From: Candidatus Cloacimonadales bacterium
Lineage (GTDB): Bacteria; Cloacimonadota; Cloacimonadia; Cloacimonadales; JAIOQZ01
Direction: 5' to 3'
DNA length: 64,000 nt
Assembly: GCA_963665815.1 (NCBI GenBank)
Contig: OY762463.1
Location: 1,184,001 to 1,248,000, forward strand
A program made the translations under genes and the position numbers. Shown one piece after another: positions 9,174 to 18,196 of the stretch; the stretch's first letter is position 1, and each line of letters begins with the position of its first letter. The notes under the pieces were generated by a model. It was not told the DNA's origin and did no database searches. It worked only from the letters and a program-made list of their open reading frames with translations.

Positions 9174-10111
9174 CAGTAGTAAGAAACTTCGCATTCATTT
9201 TTATTTTAATGTTCGTAATTTCCGGCTGTTCAGATAGACGTAATTCTGATGGAAAGCTATCTATTTTGCCAGTTATCAGCTTTGAGATAGAAGGAGCAGG
9301 CAGTTCTCCAATTGTACATGCATCAAAAGATTATATTTTCATCAGTGATATGCTTGATGGAATTGTAAATGTATATAACTATGAGGGAAATAAAATCAAA
9401 ACCTTTGGCAGTAAAGGAAAAGGACCGGGTGAGTTTTTGTCAGTATCGATGTTATGCCGGTTAGAACCATTAGATGAATTAGTAATATATGATGTTTACC
9501 AGAAGAGACTTTCATTCTTCAATAAAGAGTTTGAACTCAGCAATACCGTAAATATTCAGGAATACCTTTTGAGTATACAGCCACTTCAGAACAATTTACT
9601 TTATGTTACCAGAAAACCTGCAGAAAATGGAATGATGAGTGGTTTCAACGATTTAGTAACTATGAAAAATATTAGTTCTGATGAAAAAATCATAACTAAG
9701 AAATTTCTGCCTGCTTCTGATGATGTTTTAACTTATGTGGACAAAGGTCTGCTGATTGATACAAACTCAGAGAATTTGTTCGTTCTGAATAGAGGCGATG
9801 ATTTCGTAATTGAGCAGTATGTTAACGGAACAAACAAGAAAATCTGGAAATTGAATAAAGAAAAAATAAACATTGAGTTCACAAAACTAAATTCTATTCA
9901 TTGTGGTAGTAATTTCATCATTTTGAATTTGGTAAAGGCAGATAACTCTATGAACTATGCATTCTTTGATTTCGACGAACAATTTCTGGGAGAACTCAAC
10001 ATGAATACAGAAAATGAGTATATTATTGATGTACACAAAAACAAACTTATTAAGCTTGTAACTGATGAAAATGGTGATTACATCTGTAGTATTATGGAGG
10101 TAAAGTTTTAA
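9170..10111 (+). CDS. 6-bladed beta-propeller lipoprotein, paralog 5
   Basis: Probable GTG start at 9170 overlapping the upstream TGA, with a GGAGG RBS; lipobox ISGC; FGSKGKGPGEF; C-terminus close to paralog 4. Confidence 0.8.
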   Translation: MTVVRNFAFIFILMFVISGCSDRRNSDGKLSILPVISFEIEGAGSSPIVHASKDYIFISDMLDGIVNVYNYEGNKIKTFGSKGKGPGEFLSVSMLCRLEPLDELVIYDVYQKRLSFFNKEFELSNTVNIQEYLLSIQPLQNNLLYVTRKPAENGMMSGFNDLVTMKNISSDEKIITKKFLPASDDVLTYVDKGLLIDTNSENLFVLNRGDDFVIEQYVNGTNKKIWKLNKEKINIEFTKLNSIHCGSNFIILNLVKADNSMNYAFFDFDEQFLGELNMNTENEYIIDVHKNKLIKLVTDENGDYICSIMEVKF

Positions 10112-10147
10112 GTCACAGCACTCCTGGAATGACTGGCAACTTTTTTA

Positions 10148-10361
10148 CCTTTTGACTCAGCTCAACCGACTTAAAGTATTGATAGATATTGATATGATCG
10201 TTCCCTGAGCGGAGTCGAAGGGGAATCAGTTTTAAGTGAATGAAGCGACAAAAATCACTTATTTACTCAGTTTGTCAGAAATCACAGCAACAAACCAGCT
10301 TACTTCTCACTTTTAATTTACAGGTCGCTCCTGACGGAGCTCGAAGAGCTGCCTGACAAAT
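10148..10361. repeat. REP-like repeats (family A: CCTTTTGACTCAGCTC...GTTCCCTGAGCGGAGTCGAAGGG; second unit at 10325-10361)
   Basis: Matches to 4212-4293 and 7703-7815. Confidence 0.75.
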
Positions 10362-10422
10362 TTCATCGAAATCCGTGTATAAATACTTAATTCACCGCAG
10401 ATAAATTAAGATAAATATAATA

Positions 10423-10561
10423 TTCCTTCATTTTCTTTGATGCCAAAGAAAACGAAGCAAAAGAAAAGCACTCTTTTTTTAGATGTATTTCCAGCATGCT
10501 GGAACCATGAATATCCCCTGAAATCCTTCCAAGGGTTCTGGATTTCTTAACGAGGAAATTT
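10423..10561 (-). repeat. 139-bp MITE/REP-like element, family B, copy 2 (inverted)
   Basis: Reverse complement of 7962-8100. Confidence 0.9.
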
Positions 10562-10615
10562 ATTATACAAGTAAAAGAGAGAAAATACAGGTCATGATCT
10601 CTACATTATCCCCCC

Positions 10616-10653
10616 AAAAAAAGCTCTGCCTGACCGAACAGTCAGGCAAAGCT
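10616..10653 (-). terminator. Intrinsic terminator of the ABC operon
   Basis: TGCCTGAC/GTCAGGCA stem with an A7 run (U-tract on the minus strand). Confidence 0.8.
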
Positions 10654-10670
10654 CTATCAAACATCAACTG

Positions 10671-12071
10671 CTACCTTACGTCATATTTTCTCAAGACAAA
10701 CAGACTTGTGGCAAAAATCAGCAGATTGTATAGAATCAGCAAAGCGAAGGGGCTCACAGCATGCTCTATTCTATCTGCAACAGTAGACTCTGCATATTCA
10801 GAACTAACGAGTTTTTCAGGATGTTCAAAAGCTGCGGTTGTGAATGTATTCCTTCCATCACTCCATGCCCAGTTATAGAATTGATGCAGACTGTTCTCAT
10901 CTTCTTCATCCTGTTTCTTAGCTAGTTCTGACACCTCATCAAGTTTATTGTAAAACTGTTTTTTCTCATTCCTGTATCTAAGGAATCCTATATCAAGGAT
11001 TGAGTTACCGATCCTCCTGAGAAGTTCATAAGGAGACAAAATGGAAAGTTTTAATATCGTTTTCGTCTGGGCTTCAGCATCTCTCAGATACTTTTCCCAC
11101 TCTGCCATTTTCAGAGCATTGGCAGCTTTGACAGCTCCGGATCTCAAACCCTTTTCAACATACATATTACCGGCAACATAGTGCTCATTCTTCTCTTTAT
11201 CATCGTACTTATCACTCCAACGATTAAACTCAGCATTAAAAGCTTCATTCATACGAGTCAAGTATGCTCCAATTGCATCAACTCTGGTTAACTGATTACC
11301 AACAAGTATCGCAGTCTTTGGTATTATCACAATAAACAACAGCCAGCAGACCAAAGCCTTAACAACTGCCGAGTTAGCATTCTTTGCCATGGATATAAGT
11401 ATCCCAAGCAGTATAAAAAAGCTTATATAAATTATTGAGACAAGGCTCCATACGAGTGACTCTAAGATCAGAGAGCCGTTAATCCCTTTATTGAGAAATG
11501 TCCAGATAATAAGTGATAGAACCTGTCCCGCTAGTATTGTAACAAAAAACAGACTGAGAAGACTTGCATACTTAGACACAAGTATCTTATAGCGTGAGTA
11601 TCCTGATATAATCAGCAATCTCAGTGTAGAATTCTGTTTTTCCTCCGATATAACATTATAACTGAAAATGAGAGCTGAAAAACTGCACAAGAAGCCAATA
11701 ATGAAGAACCAGTTGATCCTCTGTTTATAGTCATCATAATTGTGAACAGCTTCTACCTGACGATAAGTAAGTCCACTGGAAAAACCTACAGGATACGATT
11801 CATCTCTCTGAATCACCATAGAGCTCAATGGCTTTCTCATGTAAGTCACTTTTGCATTTGCAATCATCCATGACAAATTTCCCGAACGCTCCGAAGCGCT
11901 ATTCTGAAGAATTTTATACTTGTTATTGTATTTATCAAGATCATCCCTGTACTTGATTGAATTGGAGAAAGCTCCTACAACAAACAGGACTATCAGGATT
12001 GAAAAGAATATCTGAAATTTCAGTTCTTTTACCAGCAGTAAACAGTCTTTTTTGTATAAATTATAAAACAT
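10671..12071 (-). CDS. ABC-2-type transporter permease with large extracytoplasmic loops
   Basis: ISEEKQNSTLRLLI..YSRYKILVSK motif; multiple TMs; ends KYDVR. Confidence 0.85.
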   Translation of the reverse strand: MFYNLYKKDCLLLVKELKFQIFFSILIVLFVVGAFSNSIKYRDDLDKYNNKYKILQNSASERSGNLSWMIANAKVTYMRKPLSSMVIQRDESYPVGFSSGLTYRQVEAVHNYDDYKQRINWFFIIGFLCSFSALIFSYNVISEEKQNSTLRLLIISGYSRYKILVSKYASLLSLFFVTILAGQVLSLIIWTFLNKGINGSLILESLVWSLVSIIYISFFILLGILISMAKNANSAVVKALVCWLLFIVIIPKTAILVGNQLTRVDAIGAYLTRMNEAFNAEFNRWSDKYDDKEKNEHYVAGNMYVEKGLRSGAVKAANALKMAEWEKYLRDAEAQTKTILKLSILSPYELLRRIGNSILDIGFLRYRNEKKQFYNKLDEVSELAKKQDEEDENSLHQFYNWAWSDGRNTFTTAAFEHPEKLVSSEYAESTVADRIEHAVSPFALLILYNLLIFATSLFVLRKYDVR

Positions 12072-12082
12072 CTTTCTTCCCC

Positions 12083-13669
12083 CTATCTGATATCAAACTT
12101 GTACATCAGGTAATAACAGACAATAAGCAGCACGATTATAATCATCAGGAACTGCAGCAAAATTCTGAACGTCCTGCTCAATGATTTGCCTGCACTTAAG
12201 CCTTTAAACTCATACTTAGGCAGGTCAGGGAACTTGAAGTCAAATCTTTCCAATGAGTTAAAATGTGCCAGGCAAACATCTGAATACTCTTGCTGAAGTC
12301 GAGACTTATCTTCCTGTGTCATCTCATGCCCAAGTTTTTTGATGAACTCAGCAGCAAACTCGTTCACATCATAACATACTTCCCCCGGTTCCATCATTGC
12401 ATAATACTCATCACTGTACAACCAGTTATTCTTGATTGCCAAATCAATAAGTCTGTTCCTGAGAGAAACTCCATCCCGCATAAAGTTGATCATATCATCG
12501 ATATCATATCCGGAGTTTTTCTGTGCTGCATCTTCAAAAAGAGCAATTGGTGATGCAAACAAATATAAAGATTTACTTCTCTCCTGCTTTTCCATCAACA
12601 AGAACAATTCCTGCTGTATGTTCTCCATTTTCTGCATCAGAGGATAATAGTCTTCATAAAACACTTTAACTCTGAGTGTCCTGTAATCTAAAACACTGCG
12701 AGTTGTGTACAGGATTGTATTTGTCAACCCTCTCCAACCATTCGAGTTATTATACCAATAAAAGAAGTCTCTTGGTTTATCCTGTAGCCGTTCAGAGCGA
12801 TCGAAATTATCAATTTCTTTCTGAAGCTCTCCAATTTCTTCTCTCATAGCTCTTTGCTGCTTCATTCCGTTTATTTTGTTTGAGAAAAATGAATACCCAA
12901 CAGGTACAAGCACTAACAGGAAAATCCAGATTGCCAGTACCAGAACAAGCGATTTTGCTGTTCTTTTGAAAACAAGTGAGCAAATCGTTCCAATCAAAGC
13001 AAAACATAAAACAAACAGGAATGCAAAAAGCAGATAGTTGACAAGACTAACATAAAAGTATGATGTAATATAGCTTGAATGTTTTATCACCAAATAAAGC
13101 ACACTTAACAGAGTAGGCACCAGTAATACCGTAAATGCGAACAGTGATATTGTCAGAATCTTTACAATCAGAAAGGTGAATTTCTGCACAGGATATGTGA
13201 ACATAAGCCTCAGAGTGCCGTTTTCTTTCTCTCCGTTAATTGTATCGAAGGCTATCAGCAGCACAAACAGTGACAGAAAAAAGGTTATCAGGAATGTTAC
13301 ATCCATATCAAACTTTGTGGGATGAACAGGATTGATTGTCTGTGAAAATGCTGAAGGTCTGGTTATTGATTCAAACATTCTGACTTCAATAATATTTCCG
13401 TATTTATGAGTAATTCCCTCATGAAAGACACTGAACAATTGCGGTGGAATTACAGCCGGTATCATCAGGTAACTATAGTTCTGAGATCTTCCAATTTCCT
13501 TCTGCAACATCTCATTATCATTTATATACTGCTGCTGTCGCTGATTGAACTCACTTAGACGCAGAGAGAATGTAACTCCAAACAGCACCATGAAAATACA
13601 AATCGACCAGATTACTCTATTACTCCTCAGAAGCCTTTTGTACTCGTGTTTTACCAATAGACTGAACAT
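12083..13669 (-). CDS. ABC-2-type transporter permease with large extracytoplasmic loops (paralog)
   Basis: FDTINGEKENGTLRLMFTYPV motif; ends KFDIR. Confidence 0.85.
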   Translation of the reverse strand: MFSLLVKHEYKRLLRSNRVIWSICIFMVLFGVTFSLRLSEFNQRQQQYINDNEMLQKEIGRSQNYSYLMIPAVIPPQLFSVFHEGITHKYGNIIEVRMFESITRPSAFSQTINPVHPTKFDMDVTFLITFFLSLFVLLIAFDTINGEKENGTLRLMFTYPVQKFTFLIVKILTISLFAFTVLLVPTLLSVLYLVIKHSSYITSYFYVSLVNYLLFAFLFVLCFALIGTICSLVFKRTAKSLVLVLAIWIFLLVLVPVGYSFFSNKINGMKQQRAMREEIGELQKEIDNFDRSERLQDKPRDFFYWYNNSNGWRGLTNTILYTTRSVLDYRTLRVKVFYEDYYPLMQKMENIQQELFLLMEKQERSKSLYLFASPIALFEDAAQKNSGYDIDDMINFMRDGVSLRNRLIDLAIKNNWLYSDEYYAMMEPGEVCYDVNEFAAEFIKKLGHEMTQEDKSRLQQEYSDVCLAHFNSLERFDFKFPDLPKYEFKGLSAGKSLSRTFRILLQFLMIIIVLLIVCYYLMYKFDIR

Positions 13670-13678
13670 AGCCTCTCC

Positions 13679-14416
13679 TTAATCTGCTTCAACAGATAAT
13701 GAGTTTTCTATTCTGCCTTCCATATAGTCTATATACAGATTTTCCAGATTTTCAAACTCGAATTCATCACGTCTTCTTGAAAGCACAAGTTCACCATCCT
13801 TCATAATACCTATCTGGTCAGCCAGTTCTTTAGCTCTGAATATGTTATGAGTAGACATCAGAACAGCTTTACCGTCTTTCTTCATTCTCAAGACCAGATC
13901 CTGAAAATCCTTTGCGGCTTTTGGATCGAGACCGGAAAAAGGTTCATCCATAAGAATAATATCAGCATCCTTAACAATTGCTATAGCAATACCTGTCTTC
14001 TGTCTCATACCCTTGGAGTAATAGCTGACCGGTTTGTTGATAAAGCTCTCCTGTAGTCCGATATCCCTGAGGATATTCTCAAGCTCGGTTCTTGATCTGC
14101 TTGTTTTGCTTAGATTAGAAAAGAACTTAAGATTTTCATATCCTGTAAAATTCTCATATAATCTGACATTCTCAGAAATATATGCAATATCATTCTTTGC
14201 TTCTCTGGAGTCCTGCACAGAGTCTTTTCCATTAATGATGATTGTTCCCTCGGTAGGTTTTATAAAACCGCAGATAAGGTTTATTGTTGTTGATTTACCT
14301 GCCCCATTCGCCCCGAGAAGCACGTAAATTTCGCCACTTTCAACGTTAAAACTGATGTGATCCAATGCGATCTTCTTGTCTTCATACCTCTTTGTTAAAT
14401 CCTTAATCTTTAACAT
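13679..14416 (-). CDS. ABC transporter ATP-binding protein
   Basis: GANGAGKST, YSKGMRQK signature, ILMDEP, H-loop. Confidence 0.95.
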   Translation of the reverse strand: MLKIKDLTKRYEDKKIALDHISFNVESGEIYVLLGANGAGKSTTINLICGFIKPTEGTIIINGKDSVQDSREAKNDIAYISENVRLYENFTGYENLKFFSNLSKTSRSRTELENILRDIGLQESFINKPVSYYSKGMRQKTGIAIAIVKDADIILMDEPFSGLDPKAAKDFQDLVLRMKKDGKAVLMSTHNIFRAKELADQIGIMKDGELVLSRRRDEFEFENLENLYIDYMEGRIENSLSVEAD

Positions 14417-14425
14417 TCTTCCTCC

Positions 14426-15850
14426 TTAATTTCGTGATAACTTCACCATGAAGTATATCAGCATTCCAAGTATTGTTATTGCCGCGAGAATCAGAATTAT
14501 ATTAAGCCAGATGTTGGACTTGTTCAAAATCTCCATTTTCAGTTCCTTATCTGACGTGAATATACTTTTACTAATATCTTTGCCCTTTGCTTTAATCCTT
14601 ACCTGATATATTCCCTGGAGTGATTTCTTATCAGGGATTATGTTGAATTTAAGCTTTTGCTCCTGCTCAGGTCCCAGCTTATCAATAAACTCAGGTTCAA
14701 TCACCTTTTCCCACCCTGATGGCATGAGCACCTCAAATGTCACATCCTTAATCACTTTCTTACCTGTATTCTTGATGCTGAATTGAGAGATTTCGAACTC
14801 TTTACCCTTTTCCTGCACAAAATACATATTGTCCAATGACAGCTCCATCTCGGCTTTGCCCACAGGAATAATCTGCAATTCACTTGATCCTGTCTCCTTG
14901 TTTTCCGAACTTAGAACATTTACACTAAACACCAGTGCTTCGTTAAACACAGATTCATCTAATTTTTCTGGAACAGATATACTTAGAGCTACATTATGAA
15001 CAGGTTCCTGAGCAGACATTGCCAGTGTTGAGATCGCAGCATTGTTCTTAGCATTAATAAAGTTGAAAGAGTAAGTTCCCGGTAGTCCTGCACAATTTAG
15101 TTTATACACCTCTCTTGAAGCTCCGAAATACTCAATTCTCAGATTGTAGATTGCTGATGCTGCAGTTTCAACTTCCTGGGAAAACACATTAGAGGTAATA
15201 ACAACAGAATGCTCCGCTGTTTTTCTCTTCAGCCACACCCTTTTCTCATCAACCTTACCTGCGTAAACTGCAGATACTGTTACAGCCTGAACATCCTTTA
15301 GCACAGAAAAATCTATTGTGTAACTTTTACCGGACAGCATTTCAGGGATATGATATTCGTAGGGTTGAGATATAATGTTCCCGGACTCATCCTTGAGCGA
15401 TACATACACATTGTATAGACTTTCAGGTCTCAGCTTCATATCTTTGAGAGTACTGATCAAATCATCTTCAAGAGCGTAAGAACCGGCTGAATTATTCCTT
15501 ATTTCCATCACAACTTTGTAACGACCTGTTTCATCTTTATATTTCTCTGCTTTCACGACAGTTATGTATGGATTTTCAAAGATTACTCCCAGCATATACT
15601 GCTGAAAATTCAGTTCATCATTCTCATACTGCAGCTTGATGTTCTCAAACTCATCTTGAGAGATGTACTTCTTCTCAAATAACTTTTGAGCTCGATTAAA
15701 TTCCTGCTCTGACTGCTCAAGCCTTTTCTTAGCTTTCTGTAATGCCAGAATACGGAACCTATCATCATTGGGATTATACTCCTGATAAGTAATTCCACTT
15801 ATGATGGACATTATTATTAAATTGATCATTAATAAAATTATTTTCTTCAT
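14426..15850 (-). CDS. Exported, C-terminally anchored protein: MFP-like alpha-hairpin plus Ig-like (NEW3/COG1470-type) domains
   Basis: Signal peptide from MKKIILL (GGAG RBS); helical hairpin at about aa 35-88; IKNTG...PSGWE...LGP Ig-like domain; C-terminal TM with a basic tail. Confidence 0.75.
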   Translation of the reverse strand: MKKIILLMINLIIMSIISGITYQEYNPNDDRFRILALQKAKKRLEQSEQEFNRAQKLFEKKYISQDEFENIKLQYENDELNFQQYMLGVIFENPYITVVKAEKYKDETGRYKVVMEIRNNSAGSYALEDDLISTLKDMKLRPESLYNVYVSLKDESGNIISQPYEYHIPEMLSGKSYTIDFSVLKDVQAVTVSAVYAGKVDEKRVWLKRKTAEHSVVITSNVFSQEVETAASAIYNLRIEYFGASREVYKLNCAGLPGTYSFNFINAKNNAAISTLAMSAQEPVHNVALSISVPEKLDESVFNEALVFSVNVLSSENKETGSSELQIIPVGKAEMELSLDNMYFVQEKGKEFEISQFSIKNTGKKVIKDVTFEVLMPSGWEKVIEPEFIDKLGPEQEQKLKFNIIPDKKSLQGIYQVRIKAKGKDISKSIFTSDKELKMEILNKSNIWLNIILILAAITILGMLIYFMVKLSRN

Positions 15851-15870
15851 TATATCTCCACCATTGATAT

Positions 15871-15886
15871 TGCATGCTGAGTGCCA
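15871..15886 (-). promoter_or_regulatory. Sigma54 (-24/-12) promoter of the ABC operon
   Basis: Minus strand TGGCACTCAGCATGCA, GG-N10-GC, 21 nt before the ATG; candidate enhancer palindrome TTGTAGATATCTGACAA at 15971-15987. Confidence 0.75.
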
Positions 15887-16058
15887 AAACATTTTTATTG
15901 TGTATTATGCGGAAAATAGAGGGTTTATAGTTAAGTTATAGCTCAGAGAAGAAATAGATACATTCCAAAATTGTAGATATCTGACAAAAAAGTAATTTTT
16001 ACACTGTCTGAACAGTTTTATGCTTGACTTTTTTTTATAAAATCTTCATATTGAATCT

Positions 16059-16204
16059 TGTTAAATGACTTTATGTAGTATGTAAGGTTTGCAATGAGTT
16101 TATTGCACTTTTGAAGTATTGGGCGTACTTCATTAACACTCCGCAAAAGGTTAATAATACATTATATAAAGTCTGGCTGTTGAATTTCAACAGCCTTTTT
16201 TTTT
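16059..16204 (+). ncRNA. Putative structured small RNA or leader (four-way junction plus intrinsic terminator)
   Basis: TTGACT-N17-CATATT promoter at 16024-16052; closing stem 16067-16084/16158-16173; three internal hairpins; terminator GGCTGTTGAA/TTCAACAGCC followed by T9. Confidence 0.6.
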
Positions 16205-16334
16205 ACTCAACCTTAAACATGTTGTTTTCAGGACTTTACTTCTTGATTTAACTAATGCTCAGTTTAACTATTAGCTTGACATTTAAACGATTTTCAAAAG
16301 CTGTGAAATCATAAATCAATTATTTAAGGAGAAT

Positions 16335-17537
16335 ATGATGCACGTATTAGTCGTTAACAGCGGATCATCATCAATTAAGTTTCAATTGCTTAATATGGAA
16401 ACACAACAACTTCTAGCCAAGGGACTTATTGAAAGAATAGGACTCCCAATGGGGAATTTTACTTACAAACCAAATGGAAAAGACAAACAAAGTTTTGAAT
16501 TCCCAATTCCGGAACACAAAGTTGGATTAAAGAAAATGCTGGAAGTAATTGTTGATCCTGAAATTGGTGTTATTGAAAAAATAGACCAGATTGATGCTGT
16601 TGGACACAGAATCGTGCATGGTGGAGATAAAATCAAATCTTCTATTATTCTCGATGATAAATCAATTAAAACAATCGAATCATTAATCCCTCTTGCACCG
16701 CTTCATAATCCTGCGAATCTTCAGGGTGTAACTGCTCTTAAAGAACTTCTTCCTGAGTCTACACCTCATATTGGGGCTTTTGATACAGCTTTTCACGCTT
16801 CAATGCCTGCTGAATCATACATCTACCCTCTTCCTTATGAAATGTACTCAGAGCATGGTATCAGAAGATTTGGATTCCATGGAACAAGCCATAAGTTTGT
16901 TGCATTAAGAGCTGCCGAAGTTCTCAAAAAAGATATTAATGACTTCAATTGTGTAACGGTACACCTTGGAAACGGTTCATCCCTTACTGCTGTTAAAAAT
17001 GGTAAAAGTGTTGATACAACTCTTGGTTATGGTACTATGTGCGGTGTTCCGATGGGAACAAGAGCCGGTGATATTGATCCTGCGATTATCCTTCACTTAC
17101 TTGAGGATATGGGAATGAGTATAGAAGAAGTACATAAAATGATCTACAAACAAAGCGGTATGCTTGGTTTGAGCGGAATATCTTCAGACCTTAGAGATAT
17201 TGAATCCGGAGCCAATGAAGGAAACGAGAGAGCTCAGATTGCTCTTGATGTACTTGCTCACTCTATAGCAAAAAATATTTGTGCTCTTGCTTCAAATTTT
17301 GAAAGACTTGATGCAGTTATCTTCACTGCAGGTATTGGTGAAAGATCACCTGTTGTCAGAGACCTTGTCTGCAAAAAGCTTAAGGTAATAAACGCTATGT
17401 ACGATGAAACAAAAAATGATTTCAAAGGTGACGAAAGAATTATCTCTGCAGATGATTCCCCAGTGAAAATCATGGTTGTTCCAACAAACGAAGAACTCAT
17501 GATTGCCCTCGATACTGTTGAACTTGCTAAGAAATAA
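16335..17537 (+). CDS. ackA: Acetate kinase
   Basis: VLVVNSGSSSIK, GHRIVHGG, APLHNP, FDTAFH, GFHGTSH, HLGNGSS, FTAGIGE, PTNEEL. Confidence 0.97.
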   Translation: MMHVLVVNSGSSSIKFQLLNMETQQLLAKGLIERIGLPMGNFTYKPNGKDKQSFEFPIPEHKVGLKKMLEVIVDPEIGVIEKIDQIDAVGHRIVHGGDKIKSSIILDDKSIKTIESLIPLAPLHNPANLQGVTALKELLPESTPHIGAFDTAFHASMPAESYIYPLPYEMYSEHGIRRFGFHGTSHKFVALRAAEVLKKDINDFNCVTVHLGNGSSLTAVKNGKSVDTTLGYGTMCGVPMGTRAGDIDPAIILHLLEDMGMSIEEVHKMIYKQSGMLGLSGISSDLRDIESGANEGNERAQIALDVLAHSIAKNICALASNFERLDAVIFTAGIGERSPVVRDLVCKKLKVINAMYDETKNDFKGDERIISADDSPVKIMVVPTNEELMIALDTVELAKK

Positions 17538-17558
17538 TTATTCTTTATACTATAAAAT

Positions 17559-17588
17559 AAAGCTGTTGGCACTGTCAGCAGCTTTTTT
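17559..17588 (+). terminator. Intrinsic terminator after ackA
   Basis: AAAGCTGTTGGCA/TGTCAGCAGCTTTTTT. Confidence 0.75.
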
Positions 17589-17881
17589 GTTTATTATATT
17601 GATTAAAATAAATACATTCAGACACAAGATATTGTAGCACTACTGTTTCTGTAACATGTTTATCGGATTTTTGTGTTTCTTGATTATAACGTTGCTGATG
17701 TGTCAAAACAAATCCTTTTGATGTTTTTCAAACATCAAGACAGATCATAGCCTATGCAAGCTTGATCAAATATTCCGAACAGGTTGAGACAAACGGTAGA
17801 TTGAATCAGATATCTATCATTGCTTCTAAAGTTGAGCTGTTTCCACTTTGGAAAGAGTTGATTTCTTTGATTTGAGCTTAT

Positions 17882-18106
17882 ATGAAATCCTTACAAGTTG
17901 CTACAATTACTGTAAGAGTTATCAACATTGATGAAAGCAAGAAGAGAATCTCTCTTGAGCCTTCTGAAATGCCTGAGCAGCCTGAACAACAGGAAAGACC
18001 TCAGTACAACGAAAGACGTAGAAATAATGATAACAGAGGTGAATGGAAACGTTATGCAAATGAAAACTGGGATAACCAGTTAGATAGTCCATTCAAAGAT
18101 TTATAG
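17882..18106 (+). pseudogene. C-terminal fragment of an S1 RNA-binding-domain protein
   Basis: ITVRVINIDESKKRISL is the last two strands of an S1 domain; the N-terminal strands are missing and there is no RBS. Confidence 0.6.
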
Positions 18107-18129
18107 AATTAAATTTCACAAAATTATCT

Positions 18130-18160
18130 AAAAGCTGCGTTCTTGTGACGCAGCTTTCTT
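18130..18160. terminator. Bidirectional terminator
   Basis: AAAAGCTGCGT/ACGCAGCTTT between convergent ORFs. Confidence 0.75.
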
Positions 18161-18196
18161 TATGTAATTATTTTAGATCAGACTTTTATTTCCGAA

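Noticed and set aside
4407-10111. Diversity-generating retroelement acting on the propellers
   Set aside because: No reverse transcriptase in the window and no TR/VR pair with adenine-restricted differences
4212-10561. CRISPR array or integron attC cassettes
   Set aside because: Repeats are irregularly spaced, in mixed orientation and not one per gene; no cas or integrase gene; no regular spacers
16067-16173. tRNA or known riboswitch
   Set aside because: Cloverleaf-like, but no TTC T-loop, D-loop GG or CCA, and the closing stem is too long; no riboswitch consensus that I can recognise
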